NCBI GenBank assembly: GCA_964016885.1 | Contig: OZ024743.1 | Location: 362,390,001-362,454,000, forward strand | Reading direction: 5' to 3' | Length of the DNA: 64,000 bases | Source: Eledone cirrhosa | Lineage: Eukaryota | Shown: one piece after another, positions 41,177-53,711 of the stretch | Numbering within the stretch: position 1 is the stretch's first letter | Layout: each line of letters begins with the position of its first letter | The notes under the pieces: model-generated | Seen by the model: only the letters and a program-made list of their open reading frames with translations | What the model was told of the DNA's origin: nothing | Database searches by the model: none | Translations under genes and position numbers: made by a program

Positions 41177-44100
41177 ATGGATCAGAGATATCTCAAAAGA
41201 AGAAAGTAAATCAAGAAAGTTATGGCAGCAGAAACAATTATTTCTTGACAAATATGCTGCAAATTACGGTAAAGACTCTGGAACTCTGAGAAAAAGCATT
41301 AAAAGTGGACAATCTCGCCAACACAACATACGCCAGAACATGTGCCAACACAAACACTCACCTTACCTTGAATCAAAGAAGACCTACGGTAAGAACTCTT
41401 CACTTTTTCTACAAAAACACCCTAATGCACACAACATGAACAAAACGGACAAACATGATAGATATTCCTTTGACCAGACCATGAGAAGTAGAAAAACCAG
41501 CAGATCATTCTCAAGATCTCAACGGAGACTACCCACAAGGAACGGGGAAAAAACGTAGAATAACCAGATCACTCTCAAGATCTCAACAGAGATTACCCAC
41601 AAGAAACTGGGCGAAAAAACGATCTAAACCTGAAAGCAAACCTAGGTCATTTCCCCAAATTGTTAAAAATAATGCTAACAAGAAATGGAAAAATAATATA
41701 CATAATACCATAACGAAAAACATAACGAAACCAAATATAATATCACGACGAAAAGTCCATCAAGCAAACACCAACAGGAATATAAATCCTGAACAGAGAA
41801 AAATCCATTTTTTAACGGCAGGACAACAAAAACCGGAAAAAGAAAAACTCCAGGAGGAAACATACCCAAAACAACTGTACACGTAGATCCTAAAATAATT
41901 AATTTATCCAAAAGAGATCTTGACAATCATGAAATGCAAATTCTGTCAAAAGGACTGAAATTCACACCGACTCCAACAGTCAACCATAAAGAACTGAAGG
42001 AGGATACCCAAGAATTCTGTTGAAAATTACGTCTTGTAGAATTCTTCGCTGATAAAAGTAATGAGTGATGAATCACTAGTAAAGAATAAATCAAATTTCA
42101 CTCCGCCAAAAGGAAGAAATATCTATCTCGACCAATACATTGACATCCTGTCTAAATTTCCTCTTAGACGTAATACTAATGTCAGGCCAAACATTAACAA
42201 ATCAGAAATGTCTGCACTTAAACGTATACAAAATGATAAAACAATAATAATTAAACAAGCAAATAAAGGGGGTGCAGTTGTTATAATGGATGCTGAATAC
42301 TACAAAGATTTGGTTGAGGAACAACTGAAAGACACAACATTCTATCATGAAATACCGTCAAATATAGACCACAACATCATGAAGAAGATCAACAACCTGA
42401 CTTCAAAATATCATAACTCACTTACTGATAAGGAAAGAGACTACATCACCAATTTTGAGCCAAAACCCAGCAACCTGTATGGCCTACCAAAAGTTCATAA
42501 GTCAAAAGAAATACAACTGGCAGTAAAAGAACAAAACAGTGAGTACATAAAATTACTACACCCAAAAGACTTAAAACTTAGACTTATTATAGCTGGTCCA
42601 ACATGCCCTACCCACCGTCTAAGCAATTTTGTTGACATTATTTTGAAACCACTATGTATTCATATACCCAGTTTCATCCGGGATGATATCGACTTCCTGT
42701 CCCATCTTCCCAAAACCACGGAAACGAATTCACTTCTACTTAGTTTTGATGTGGTAAGCCTTTACACCAACATTACACATGATTTAGGAATAAATGCGGT
42801 TAAATACTGGGTGGAAAAACATAGAGAAGTGATTCCCACCAGATTCACAGTGCCATTTATATTAGATGCAGTCAAACTTGTTCTGGAAAACAACACTTTC
42901 TTCTTCAATGGAAAGAATTACATGCAAATTAGAAGCACAGCGATGGGAACGAAGTTTGCTCCCGTTTACGCGAACTCTGTAATGGGATACTTAGAACAAC
43001 TCTACCAAGAAATAGAGGAAATATATAGTACTGACTTTAGAAAGTACATTGAAAAATCTTGGAAGAGATACCTTGACGACTGTTTCATCATCTGGACAGA
43101 ACCTCTAGATACTCTGGATGAGTTAAATATCCTCCTGAATAACCTACACCCATCTCTCCAATTCACAAAAGAGATGAGTAGTACCAAATTACCATTCCTA
43201 GATATAATGGTAATCAAAACGACACCACCATTACCACGGATATATATTATAAACACACAGACACCCATCAATATCTGAATTTTAAGTCATGCCATCCACC
43301 TCATACAAAACGCAACATCCCATACTGCCTAGCTAGAAGAATTTGTACCATTGTAGAAGATACGAATACCAGGAACAAGCGCCTAACAGAACTAAGAGAA
43401 TTTTTGCTCAAACAAAAATACCCATCTCTACTTATAGAAAATGGCATACAGCGGGTTATAAAAATACCTATACAACAACTTAGGACAACCCAAAGAAGAA
43501 GAAACCAAGAACTGGTCATACCATTTATAATGACACACAAGCCATGTCACCAGAATATCTTCAACACTGCCAAAGCAAACCTACCGATCATTGCTCAAAG
43601 TAATGAATTAAAAGGCTTAATCACAGATCGATCTTTGACTCTTAGTAAAAGACAGCCGAAAAATTTGAAGCAATTACTAACAAAAGCAAAGTTTGACCTT
43701 AACAACAAAGACCAATCATTCACTGTATCTAAATGCAATGATAGTCGATGTGGCACATGTCAATCCATACACACTGGTCAATATATGAAAACAAAAACTG
43801 GAAAAATATTCCCAAATGCAAATATGAACTTCAAAAGCAGAAATCTAATTTACTGCATTAAATGCCCGAATTGTGAAGAGCTATGTCGGTCAAACTGGAA
43901 ATGCACTATCGGAACGTGCATGAGTGCACCGATAGCAAATCAGAGACCCACATGTCCGTCAGATACCCCTGAGTAACCATCTAGCAACATGTGCATGTGG
44001 TCAGAGAATATTTATAATATTTCCATTCTACAAGTTACACAGCCCAAGTGAAATCAAGAGAAAAATCAAAGAAAATAATTTTATTGATAAATTCCAACCC

Positions 44101-44627
44101 AAGCTAAATGAACACTAATAATGGGGTATTAATCCTACTATGACTATGACCACTAACAACAACAACAACAATAATAATAATAAAAGTGATGTTGATGGTG
44201 ATGATTACTAGAAAATGCTATTTTCATCATTTCTAAAAATAGAAAAACAATTGATGCTTTGCATAGGGTCAACTAGTAGTCGTTAGACATGCTCAACCAA
44301 CCGTGACGCCTAAACCAATCAGCTTTAGTAATCCAGTGAAACAACACACCGATTAGTCGAAATACAGTTTGCAAGATTTAGCATTCTGTAGCCACTTTTC
44401 ACTGTATATAAGGCACACAATTTACCCATCTCATTACAGTTAAAAATTGCAAACTTGACTGTCACCACAAAATATGAACCTGAAGAGTGCGAAAGCATGA
44501 AAGTACTTGTTCAATTAACACTTAACATTTAATATTCTACCATACTATTTCATTCTAATAACATTATAAATTTTAAAGGATTGTAAATAAAACGAGTAAA
44601 TCAGACAAAGTTGCAATTCCTTTTATT

Positions 44628-44632
<5 letters not shown>
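41177..44632 (+). mobile_element. Degenerate Penelope-like element (Neptune/Nematis-type linker)
   Basis: KQANKGGAVVIM, LYGLPKVHK, SFDVVSLYTNI, AMGTKFAP, RYLDDCF, CNDSRCGTC, LIYCIKCPNC; stops and frameshifts; ends in (TA)n. Confidence 0.9.
44475..44513 (+). ncRNA. Minimal type I HHR
   Basis: tgaac CTGAAGA gtgc gaaa gcat GAAA gtac TT gttca. Confidence 0.85.
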
Positions 44633-44659
<27 letters not shown>

Positions 44660-45349
44660 TTATTCAAAATGTTAACAAATGAAAAATATTCACATAATCA
44701 AAATATATACTTTATTATACATATTTCACAGGTACTATGTTGTTTAAGTTTAAGATGGTAATATGGATGGAACAAGAGAAGAACTCCTTCATCAGCTGTT
44801 AACTGCAGATCATAGATGTTTTGGCGCTTAAAACAGGACATCGAAAGCGATCAGCAGCGCGCCGAAGGCGTCTTATCGATCAAAAGGCCACGAGGGAAAG
44901 AAAAGAAAAAAGAGTGAGGAGAGAGGAAGCAAGAGGGAAAAAACGAAGTAAACAAACCGAATGGAGGGAGGACTGAGGACAATGGAACATTCAAGTGAGT
45001 AACCGAGAAAAAAATAGAATAAGTTACAACGAACCAATTAGACTTAAGTCTTGTGGTGCAATAACTAGGAGCGATGTAGTTCCGTGCGATCTCAGCAGAG
45101 CGAAGGTAGAGAGAGAGAGACGGAGAGACCGGAAGTGAGAGGGAGAAGGGAAAGGGAGATAATCCAAAAGAGTTTTTCGACATGTGTGCAGGAGAGAGGA
45201 AGAAAGAGGAAAAAGGAAAGAGGTAAAAACGAAGATATATATATATATATCTTATCGATCGACATTCGTCAAATCGGACCGAGGAAACAATGTTTCCATT
45301 GGTCTTTCCAATTGCTAATACTATCTATCGGTCGCAACTCCAGGTAGAA

Positions 45350-45470
45350 GGAGCAACGTGAAATAAAGTGTCTTGCTCAAGGACATAACACATCGCCCGG
45401 TCCGGCAATCGAACTCACAACCTCACGATTGCGAATCCAATTCTCTAACCACTCAGCCACACACCTTCAC
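45350..45470 (-). mobile_element. tRNA-derived SINE 5' part
   Basis: A-box-like tggctgagtgg, B-box-like gagttcgattgcc, tgtccttgagcaagacactttat core. Confidence 0.7.
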
Positions 45471-45499
45471 TTATATACATATATATATATATACATACA

Positions 45500-45544
<45 letters not shown>

Positions 45545-47239
45545 ACATTAAACAACAACAGTACACAGAATGCCAGCCTAAAAAATTTGCTTTACAATTT
45601 TAATTCCGCGAAATCTTCTTCTTCGCCCACCTATTCCTGAGAGGGTTGTGGGGGAAAAAGTCCTCAAACACTCCTTCCAGCGAGTCCTGTCAGAAACAAC
45701 TCTCTCCAACTGATCTGGCTGTATCCCTAAGCATGACCATCCAAGCTCATTCACATTATCCAACTATCTTGCTCCTAGTCTACTCCTGAGTTTCTTATAT
45801 TTCGATGGACCAGATCGAACATCCAATTATGATGCAAAACAGGCCGAGCTCATCAGTCGTCAGCCACAGAATTATTTAACAGGATTATGTTTAACCAAAA
45901 CATATAATGGAAGATAGGGGAAAGAAAATAGAAAATTGAAAAATGAATATTCGATTAAGGGCCCGCCTGCAAAATGTTATATTGGTATTAAGCAGTCCCC
46001 GAATGCCACCCGATGCTAGCTTTTCGTGTTTGTAGGCATGGTGGAGGGGCTAGGAGCGGTCAAGTGGCGACATACACATCCTTCTTAGATAGTGTCACTC
46101 CTTAATTATAGTTGTGGCTACACTGCCACAGAGATCTAAAAATTCTAACCTATCAGTCGCCTTTCAGACAAGTCAGTCTACCGTGTCGGTACTTAAAAGG
46201 GAACATAGCTATTAAGTTTAGAGATAGAAATAATAATATTGTCTAGCAAAGAATAGGTGTTTAGACATGATACTAACAATTATAAGGTAGTAATGTTTCC
46301 TTAATAATAAGACTTATCGAAAACAAAAAAAGTTTACTAGAACTTGTTAAATAAAGGCAGTTATTTTTTTATGCCTCCAACGGCCCGGATTACGAAAGTA
46401 TATTAAGTGGTTAAGATCTTTCGTGTGTATTTCGTGTGTATATACGTGCGAGGGCTAAAATTGGTGTGGCTTATTTTCGACCGGTTCGGTAGTCCAGTAT
46501 ATCATTGTAAAGTCCAAAGTAAGCACGTGACAATTGACCAAGCATATTTAAAAGTGAGGGGAGGGGAAAATTGATTCATTAATTAGTCAGTTTTCAAGCA
46601 CTCTCATAGTCAAAGTTAGTCTGAACAAGGCGTTACTCAAAGGACCACAGGTTACCAGACGATGGATTAATACACCTCACCAACGACCACATATCAAGGA
46701 AAATAGTACGAAGATAGACACATAGGTAGCAGATTCATATTCTAGGTTTTCTCCATGGCATTAAAATTATGAGAGAGAGGATACACATAATGAAAGTTCG
46801 AAAAAATATAGTCAGGAAAAATTATTTCTGAAGTTTAATTAAATTTAAATTTAAATTAATTTAAAATATGGTAGGTGAATTCGCAATATCGGTAGAGGGT
46901 CGGACATGCTTTCCAGTATAGTTACGTCCCTTTATGATCTGAGTTTAAATCCCTCCAAGGTTAACTTTGCCTTTCATCCTTACGGGGTTGATAAAATAAA
47001 GTACCAGTAATGTACTGAGTAATTGCTGGCCTTGTGCCAAAAGTAGAAACAATTATTGAATCTGTGGGGTCACTTAATAATATATAATATATTATATATG
47101 GAATGTACTATGCGGTGTAGTACAATATATTATATACAACCAATTGCCATTAGGTGAGATACAGAAAGGTAAGGAAATAATGACGTGCCAAAAATATATA
47201 GAGGTGTAAGATATAATATGAAGTCTAAATATTAAAAGA

Positions 47240-48310
47240 GCCTACTTGCTGTCATGGTTTTCATTGTTTCAGGAAGGCCTTTGATTCTGTGGACCGAGAC
47301 TGCCTGATGAAGATCTTATGGAGTCCCCAAGAAGATAGTGGACCTGATATCCCTGCTCTACACCAATACCAGAGCCCAAGTCATCACACCTGACGGGATG
47401 ACAGAGTTCTTTGGAATACTAGCTGAGGTGCTCCAGGGTGATACACTGGCTCCCTACCTTTTCATCATCGCAATGGACTATTGTATGCACCTTGCATTGG
47501 AGAAACACCAGGACTCAGGCTTCACTGAAACACAGGCTCAGTGCAGGAGAGTTAAGACTAAAAAGATATCAGATGTTGAAATTGCTGACGACATAATTCT
47601 GGTGGCAAACACAATGAAGGGGGAAGAGTTGATATGAAAAGTGAAGATGGGTGTGGGGCTGAGAATGAATGAGAATAAGATGAAGTATCTGGTGGAGAAC
47701 ATCGAGGTGCCAGAGAGAACCGTGAGTGTGGGTAGGAAGCCGCTAGAGTTTGTTGAGGATTTCCTGTATATGGAAGCAAGGAACACAGAGGAGGGAGTAG
47801 TGGAGAGGAAGAGCAAAGCCTGGGTGGCATGTCACAGTTTGAGGTCGGTGTGGAAGTTGGACCTTCGTAAAGATTTTAAAATCCGACTTTTCGTCATTAC
47901 AGTGGTGTCTGTGCTGCTGCACGGGTTTTAGACTTGGACACTGGCCAGGAGACTCACTCAGATGGTAAATGGGAGCTACTCGAGGATGCTGAAGTTGGCT
48001 CTGAAAATTAACCAGTATGCACTGAGGATAAAAAACTCGAGTTGTACGGGAGCCTTTCAAATGTCAGCTCGAAAGTGACAGAGAAGAGACTGAGGTTAGC
48101 TGGACATGCTCACCGACATTCAGAGCTGACACAGCACTCAGTTGTCCTGTGGGTGCCCCTACATGGACAGATGGAGACCAAGGATGGCATATGTTGATGC
48201 CCTAAATACACACACTGGTCTCCGGGAGACGCGGGACATAGCAGTAATGATGAAGGACAGAGACCGCCGGAGAGAACTCGTCCATGGATCTTGACAATTC
48301 TACCCACCAT
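47240..48310 (+). pseudogene. RTE-like LINE RT fragment (same family as 22468)
   Basis: VLQGDTLAPYLF, ADDIIL, GLRMNENK; heavily degenerate. Confidence 0.8.
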
Positions 48311-48668
48311 ATAATATATATATATATAATGTATAAATACATATATATATATATGTGTGCGTATAAACTTACAATCAATGACAACAAGGCAAACAAACTA
48401 TAAATTATCATTTATTTTGTTTCCGTTTCTTTGGTCTTTTATTAATTTTGTTGTTCTCTGTGTTTTTGCTTACAGTTTAATATTATCATTGTTGTTGTTG
48501 ATGTTCTTTAAAATTATTTATATTCATATATTTGTAAATCGTATTAATTTTTTTTTTTTTTTACAATTTTCTGTAACAATAACGTGTCCATTGAACTGTG
48601 AATACATAATGTACAGGTTTATAGTAAGACAACAGCAAATATTATAGACACAATCACACACATACATA

Positions 48669-48748
48669 TAGAAGAAGAAGAAAAAGGAGAAGGAGAAGGA
48701 GAAGAAGAAGAAGAAGAAGAAGAAGAAGAAGAAGAAGAAGAAGAAGAA
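48669..48748. repeat. (GAA)n microsatellite
   Basis: Seen directly; gives the poly-F ORF. Confidence 0.95.
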
Positions 48749-49295
48749 AACCAACTCGCTTACATCAGCACTGTCAAATGATCTCATTGAGATATCGAAA
48801 AGTTCTGAGGTATATGATTTTTCTGCCCAGGCTACTCCATTATTGAAAAGGAGAGTTTTCTTGCAGTGGGTTATAATATGTCTTTCCATGTCATAGACAG
48901 AGATGTATGTAGTGGCGAACTCCAAAGCTTTATCCAACAGGTTTGCTGAGATCGACGGGTAGAAGTCCACTATGCCGAACTGAGTGAATTTAGCTTTGAT
49001 GGGGTTGCAGGAGTTTAACCACTTAACAACAGAGTCACTGTTTTCCCACTGGAACAGGTTAGATTTCTTCATAATGGTTTTGACTAATCCTCTAAGTATA
49101 GATTTGCTAACTAGCCCTATCTTTGTCCGTGCTGGGTTTAAAAGTCTGCAAGCGGGGTTAGCAGCAAAATCGGCCTGGTGATCCTTAAGGGTGAGAAAAG
49201 GCTCATGCTTAGCTAGGCATTCTAGGTTCTTATCTATAATAAGGGTGGAGGCTAGGTACTTGGCTTCAAGGTCACTCAAGAATGCAGGAGTGAAC
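48749..49295 (-). pseudogene. Hydra-like PLE RT fragment
   Basis: FLTLKDH, CRLLNP, QFGIVDFYPSIS, FDISMRSFDSA; homologous to the 36-38 kb ORF. Confidence 0.85.
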
Positions 49296-49659
49296 TTCTC
49301 CATCCAATGGAAAATCCCCACAAAATCGAGACCATTTCGGAAATGGAACGAAGTCCTGTAAGTTGTTCATCAACGAAAGAACAAATACCTTACAGCGGTT
49401 ACGTAGCAATGCCTGCCTTAACACGAGAGCCGATTTTTGTAATCACTGCCCTCACGCTGTGAAATTTCTAATGCGTAACTAGAAATACCTAGGATAACCA
49501 GAAGTTTCACCCGAGCTGAACTATCACAAGGGGTCGTTCTTCAAAATTTGTCCACACCTACAGCAATGATATTAGGGTTACATTCCTTGTCACTGCTTCA
49601 ACTACTAACATCTGCTGTGTAGAATCAAGCCAGCTCATAAATACTTCCATTCTTGCTAT

Positions 49660-49715
49660 AATCATACATGAGTTGAAGAATCCTTCAGGCGAAACGCATG
49701 TTCTCGAGTATGATT
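49660..49715 (+). ncRNA. Degenerate type I HHR
   Basis: aatcatac at gag TTGAAGA atcc ttca ggc GAAA cgcatg TT ctc ga gtatgatt. Confidence 0.5.
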
Positions 49716-50084
49716 TGTTAATTTGTTATGTAACTTAACTATATATAATGCACATATACACACATATATAATAAAGATATACATAAGCCCTTATGCGTAT
49801 ATAGGTACACACACATATATATATATAGATACACAACTACATATGCACGTACATATATACATACATACACGTGCGTACGCATGAACACACACACACACAC
49901 ACACACATGAAGTGACACTCATAATTACACTTATATTTTTTTGAATTAGAAAAGATTGTTATAGATTTCTTCAGTTGACTCACTACCACCACCATCAGCC
50001 TGCACAGAAATCTGGTGCTTTTTCATCATTGAGTAAAGAGTGGCACTCAATTGACCAGGTATGAGAAGAGGAGATTGATAATAA

Positions 50085-50410
50085 CTCCATCATTAATAGG
50101 GAGGGATGTGAAATCCACTATGAGTAAAGTTATGACATACATTTCACCATAAGTGATGTGTGACAGACATTTCATCATAAGTGAAGTGTGACAGACATTC
50201 CATCATGAGTGAAGTGTAACATGCAATCTGCCATGAGTGAAGTGTGACACAATCCCTCAGGAATGAAGTGTGACCTACAATCCACAGGGAATGGGTGTGA
50301 AATGCCATATATCATGAGAAGTCTAACATGCAATCCATCAGGACTGAAGTTTGACATACAATTTAACATGAGTGGAATATGACATAGAATCCATCATGGG
50401 TGAGGAGTGG
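50085..50410. repeat. Degenerate minisatellite, about 30-bp unit
   Basis: Recurrent ccatcatgagtgaagtgtgacagacatt. Confidence 0.7.
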
Positions 50411-52075
50411 AAGCTGAAGACAAAGTTTGCTGTGGTGCAATGTAGTGAGATGTATGTAGTATGATGTGTGGTGTAGTTTGGTGTGAGATATATACAGTGA
50501 TGGTGGGCTATGATGTGTTGAGTGGAGTTCAGTGTATAGTTTAGTGTGGTGTGTAGTGTGGAGTAATATGTACGATGTGTAGTATAGTGAGACCGGTAGT
50601 AGAGAGAGGGATATAATGAGACATGACAAGGTAAGACACACAGTAGTGTTGGGTTAGTATGTGGCAGGTGGATGTTGTTGTTCTTAGCCCCAGGTTAACC
50701 CTGATGAAGGAAATCTACGATTATAGGCATTCCTGCCATGACCATTCCATATTTCATTAACATACATTGTAACTCAGGCTTACAGTATCCAAAGTATTTT
50801 TTAAGATGACAGAGTGTGCTATGAGGGGGATTTAGTTGCTATTTCTAGTAAGTTTAATGACCATATTGAGGCTCATTTGTTAGCTCAGTATTAGTGTGAG
50901 GTAGCATAGTATAGTAAGATGTTTGATATCATTGGTCATAAGCGACTAATGTTATCTAATCATGAACTTCTTGTCTTGTTATATATTTAAAACATTATTC
51001 AATAAATACTCTCTTCTTTAAGACAATGGAATGTGATTTGAGGGAATTTGGCTGGTTCTTCTAGCATGTCTTGAGACATTGTAGAGACTCCTTCACTATG
51101 TGATAAGGTGGTCTTATGTGTTGCTTCATCAAAAGTATTCCACCTGTGGCAATCCCATTTTAGGCACTGTTACCCTAGATTATATTATGAATGTGTCCTT
51201 TTCAAGATGTTAAGGTGTGATTTGAAAGGCATTCGGTTGCTATTTCCAGAAGACTGGGTGACCATGTATATATTCTCTCATTGTTGTAAGTGTTACAATG
51301 GTTTTACATGGCATGGTTGTTGTAAGTGGTGTGGTAGTGTTATGTAATATGGTAGTCATATGTGGTAAGCTGGTTGTTTTCAGCAGTGTGGAATGATGGT
51401 TTTATATAGCCTTGCTGTCTTATGTGGTATGGTAATGCTATGTCATATAGTAGTGTAGTTATCTCATGTGGGTGTAGTTGTCTTATATGTTGTGGTTGTC
51501 TTTTGCAGTGTGGTTGCCTCATGTCATGTGGTAAGATGGCCACATGTAGTGTTGTCTTATATGGTGTGTAGATATTAATTTGTATATCTGTCTTATGTTC
51601 TTTGGCAGTTTTATCTGGTGTGGTTATCTTATGTAGCGTGTTTATGTTTTGTGGTGAAGTTGTCTTATGTGGTGGAATTGTCTATGTGGAGTGGTTGTCT
51701 TATATGATGTGGCTGACTTATGTGGTATGGTAGTATTATGCAGTGTGATGATCTCATATGATTTAGTATTGTAGGTGGTTTTATGTTGTGTGATTGTACT
51801 GTGAGGTATATTGATCTAAGATGGTGAGGTGTGATAGAGTTGTGTTGTGTGCAGAGGTGTTTAGATGTAGTATAGCAGTTTTAATGTGTGAGATACATCG
51901 GCATTATTATTTGTCTTTTGATTCTCTCCAACAGACACTTGTGTGCTTCAAGACAAACAAACTGATCAACTTGATTCGGCAGATATCACAGCTGAGTTGG
52001 ATGGTGCAACAGCTGTAAATAGATAAAAAATAAAGATATATATAAGGAAAGGGAAAGAGAGGCAAAAGAATACAA

Positions 52076-52113
<38 letters not shown>

Positions 52114-52824
52114 GTGTCTTTCCCTATATATATATGAATATAATCAAATATATAGATGGAAAAATTTGCTTTTAAATCATTTTTAATTCCTTAAACGTGA
52201 TTCAAGAGAGTTGTACATTAAATTATTCAAATAATTGTTTCTACTTTTGGCACAATTATCACAGTGTATTACTGGTAAGGATAAAAGACAAAGTTAACCT
52301 TGGATTTGGAAAGACAAAGTTAACATTTGGATTTGGATTTCTCGGGAAATGTATGCGACAGCGCGAGTTTTGATATATTTTTTTTTTTTTTTACCATCTC
52401 GAAATCCAAACACGGCACGTTAAATTCTAACATTGGCGCAGACATCTTTTCGAAAATTCATTTTTCCTGCCCAAATTCTGATTGGGTGACGCCATATTAA
52501 AAAAGAAAAAAATTTTGACTTTCATTTCCGGAGATACCAAAATGGTCGACTTCCGTCTTCTTCGTTTCTTTTCCCGCCAAATTGACTTTAAGACAACGCC
52601 ATTTTGAAAAATATAGAAAGAAAAAATATATATATATATATATTTTTTTCCCCTTGACATTTTTCTCTCCAATAACGAAAGAGAATACCATTGTTTATAT
52701 ATATTTTTTCTTTTTCATTTTTCCACTCGGATTCTTTTTCGCCTGCATTTTCCCTTGAGTCTCTGTAACAAAGCTGTGCAGAGTCAACTGTTCTTTATTG
52801 CTTACTGTTATCCCTTTATTCACA

Positions 52825-53706
52825 ATGGGTAGCACCTCATTGCCAGTGTTTGCCGGCAATGTCAATGTTTGGTTCGCACAGATAGAGTCGCACTTTACTG
52901 CGAACAACATTACGTCTGAAGTCAGACAACTACACATGCTTTTGAGTGCTTTGCCAGCGTCATTGACGACGGTTGTTAAAGATCTAATAACTGATCCTGC
53001 CCCTGGAGCCTCCTATGAGAGCGTAAAACGCGAGGTTTTGCGATGGACCACGTTGTCCGCGGAGAAGAAATTCCAGACACTCGTCAATGACGAACATTTG
53101 GGTGATCGGACGCCCACACAGCTTCTGCGTCGCATGAGAGAGCTGGCGGAAGATGCCCCAGCTGATAGCGCCCTCCTTACACAGCTTTTCTTTTCAAAGC
53201 TACCGCCCGGTGTTCAGGCGATTTTAGCGCCTATGATGGAGGCTACCACAGTCGACCAGCTAGCAGCTTCGGTCAACAAAATTATAAGTTTCACTGGAAA
53301 CCCTGCCTCCTATGTTGCACCTCAGCCACCGGCTGCAGTCTCTTCATTCTCTCCTGCCTCCTTCGTTGCACCTCAGCCACCGGCTGCAGTCTCTTCGTTC
53401 TCTCGAGCGGCTGCCATCCACACCAATCAGTCGCTCGCGTCGGTGGCAATTCTTCAAGCCATAGAGCAACTCACCAAAGAGGTGAGGAAATTGAGTACCT
53501 CCAGAGCTCATTCGCCCAGACGTCGATTTCAGAGCCATTCGCCCTCGCCACACCGCCGCCCCACAAGTAGGCCAGGACTGTGCTACTACACAGCCGTTTT
53601 GGTGCGGCAGCACACTCTTGTAAACAACCCTGTTCGTTTTCCAACCAGGGAAACGGATTTCAAGAGACCTAAACACAGCACAGACTCCTTTGACGCTCCC
53701 AAATAA
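52825..53706 (+). pseudogene. Gypsy gag
   Basis: Typical gag N-terminus; frameshift in the CYY knuckle; 51-bp internal duplication at 53302-53403. Confidence 0.85.
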
Positions 53707-53711
53707 TCATG

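Noticed and set aside
50085-50410. CRISPR-like periodicity of about 30 bp
   Set aside because: No unique spacers, no cas genes, and eukaryotic context; it is a minisatellite.
50675-51285. CTGATGA at 50701 and three similar degenerate segments
   Set aside because: No valid stems; it looks like an old interspersed repeat.
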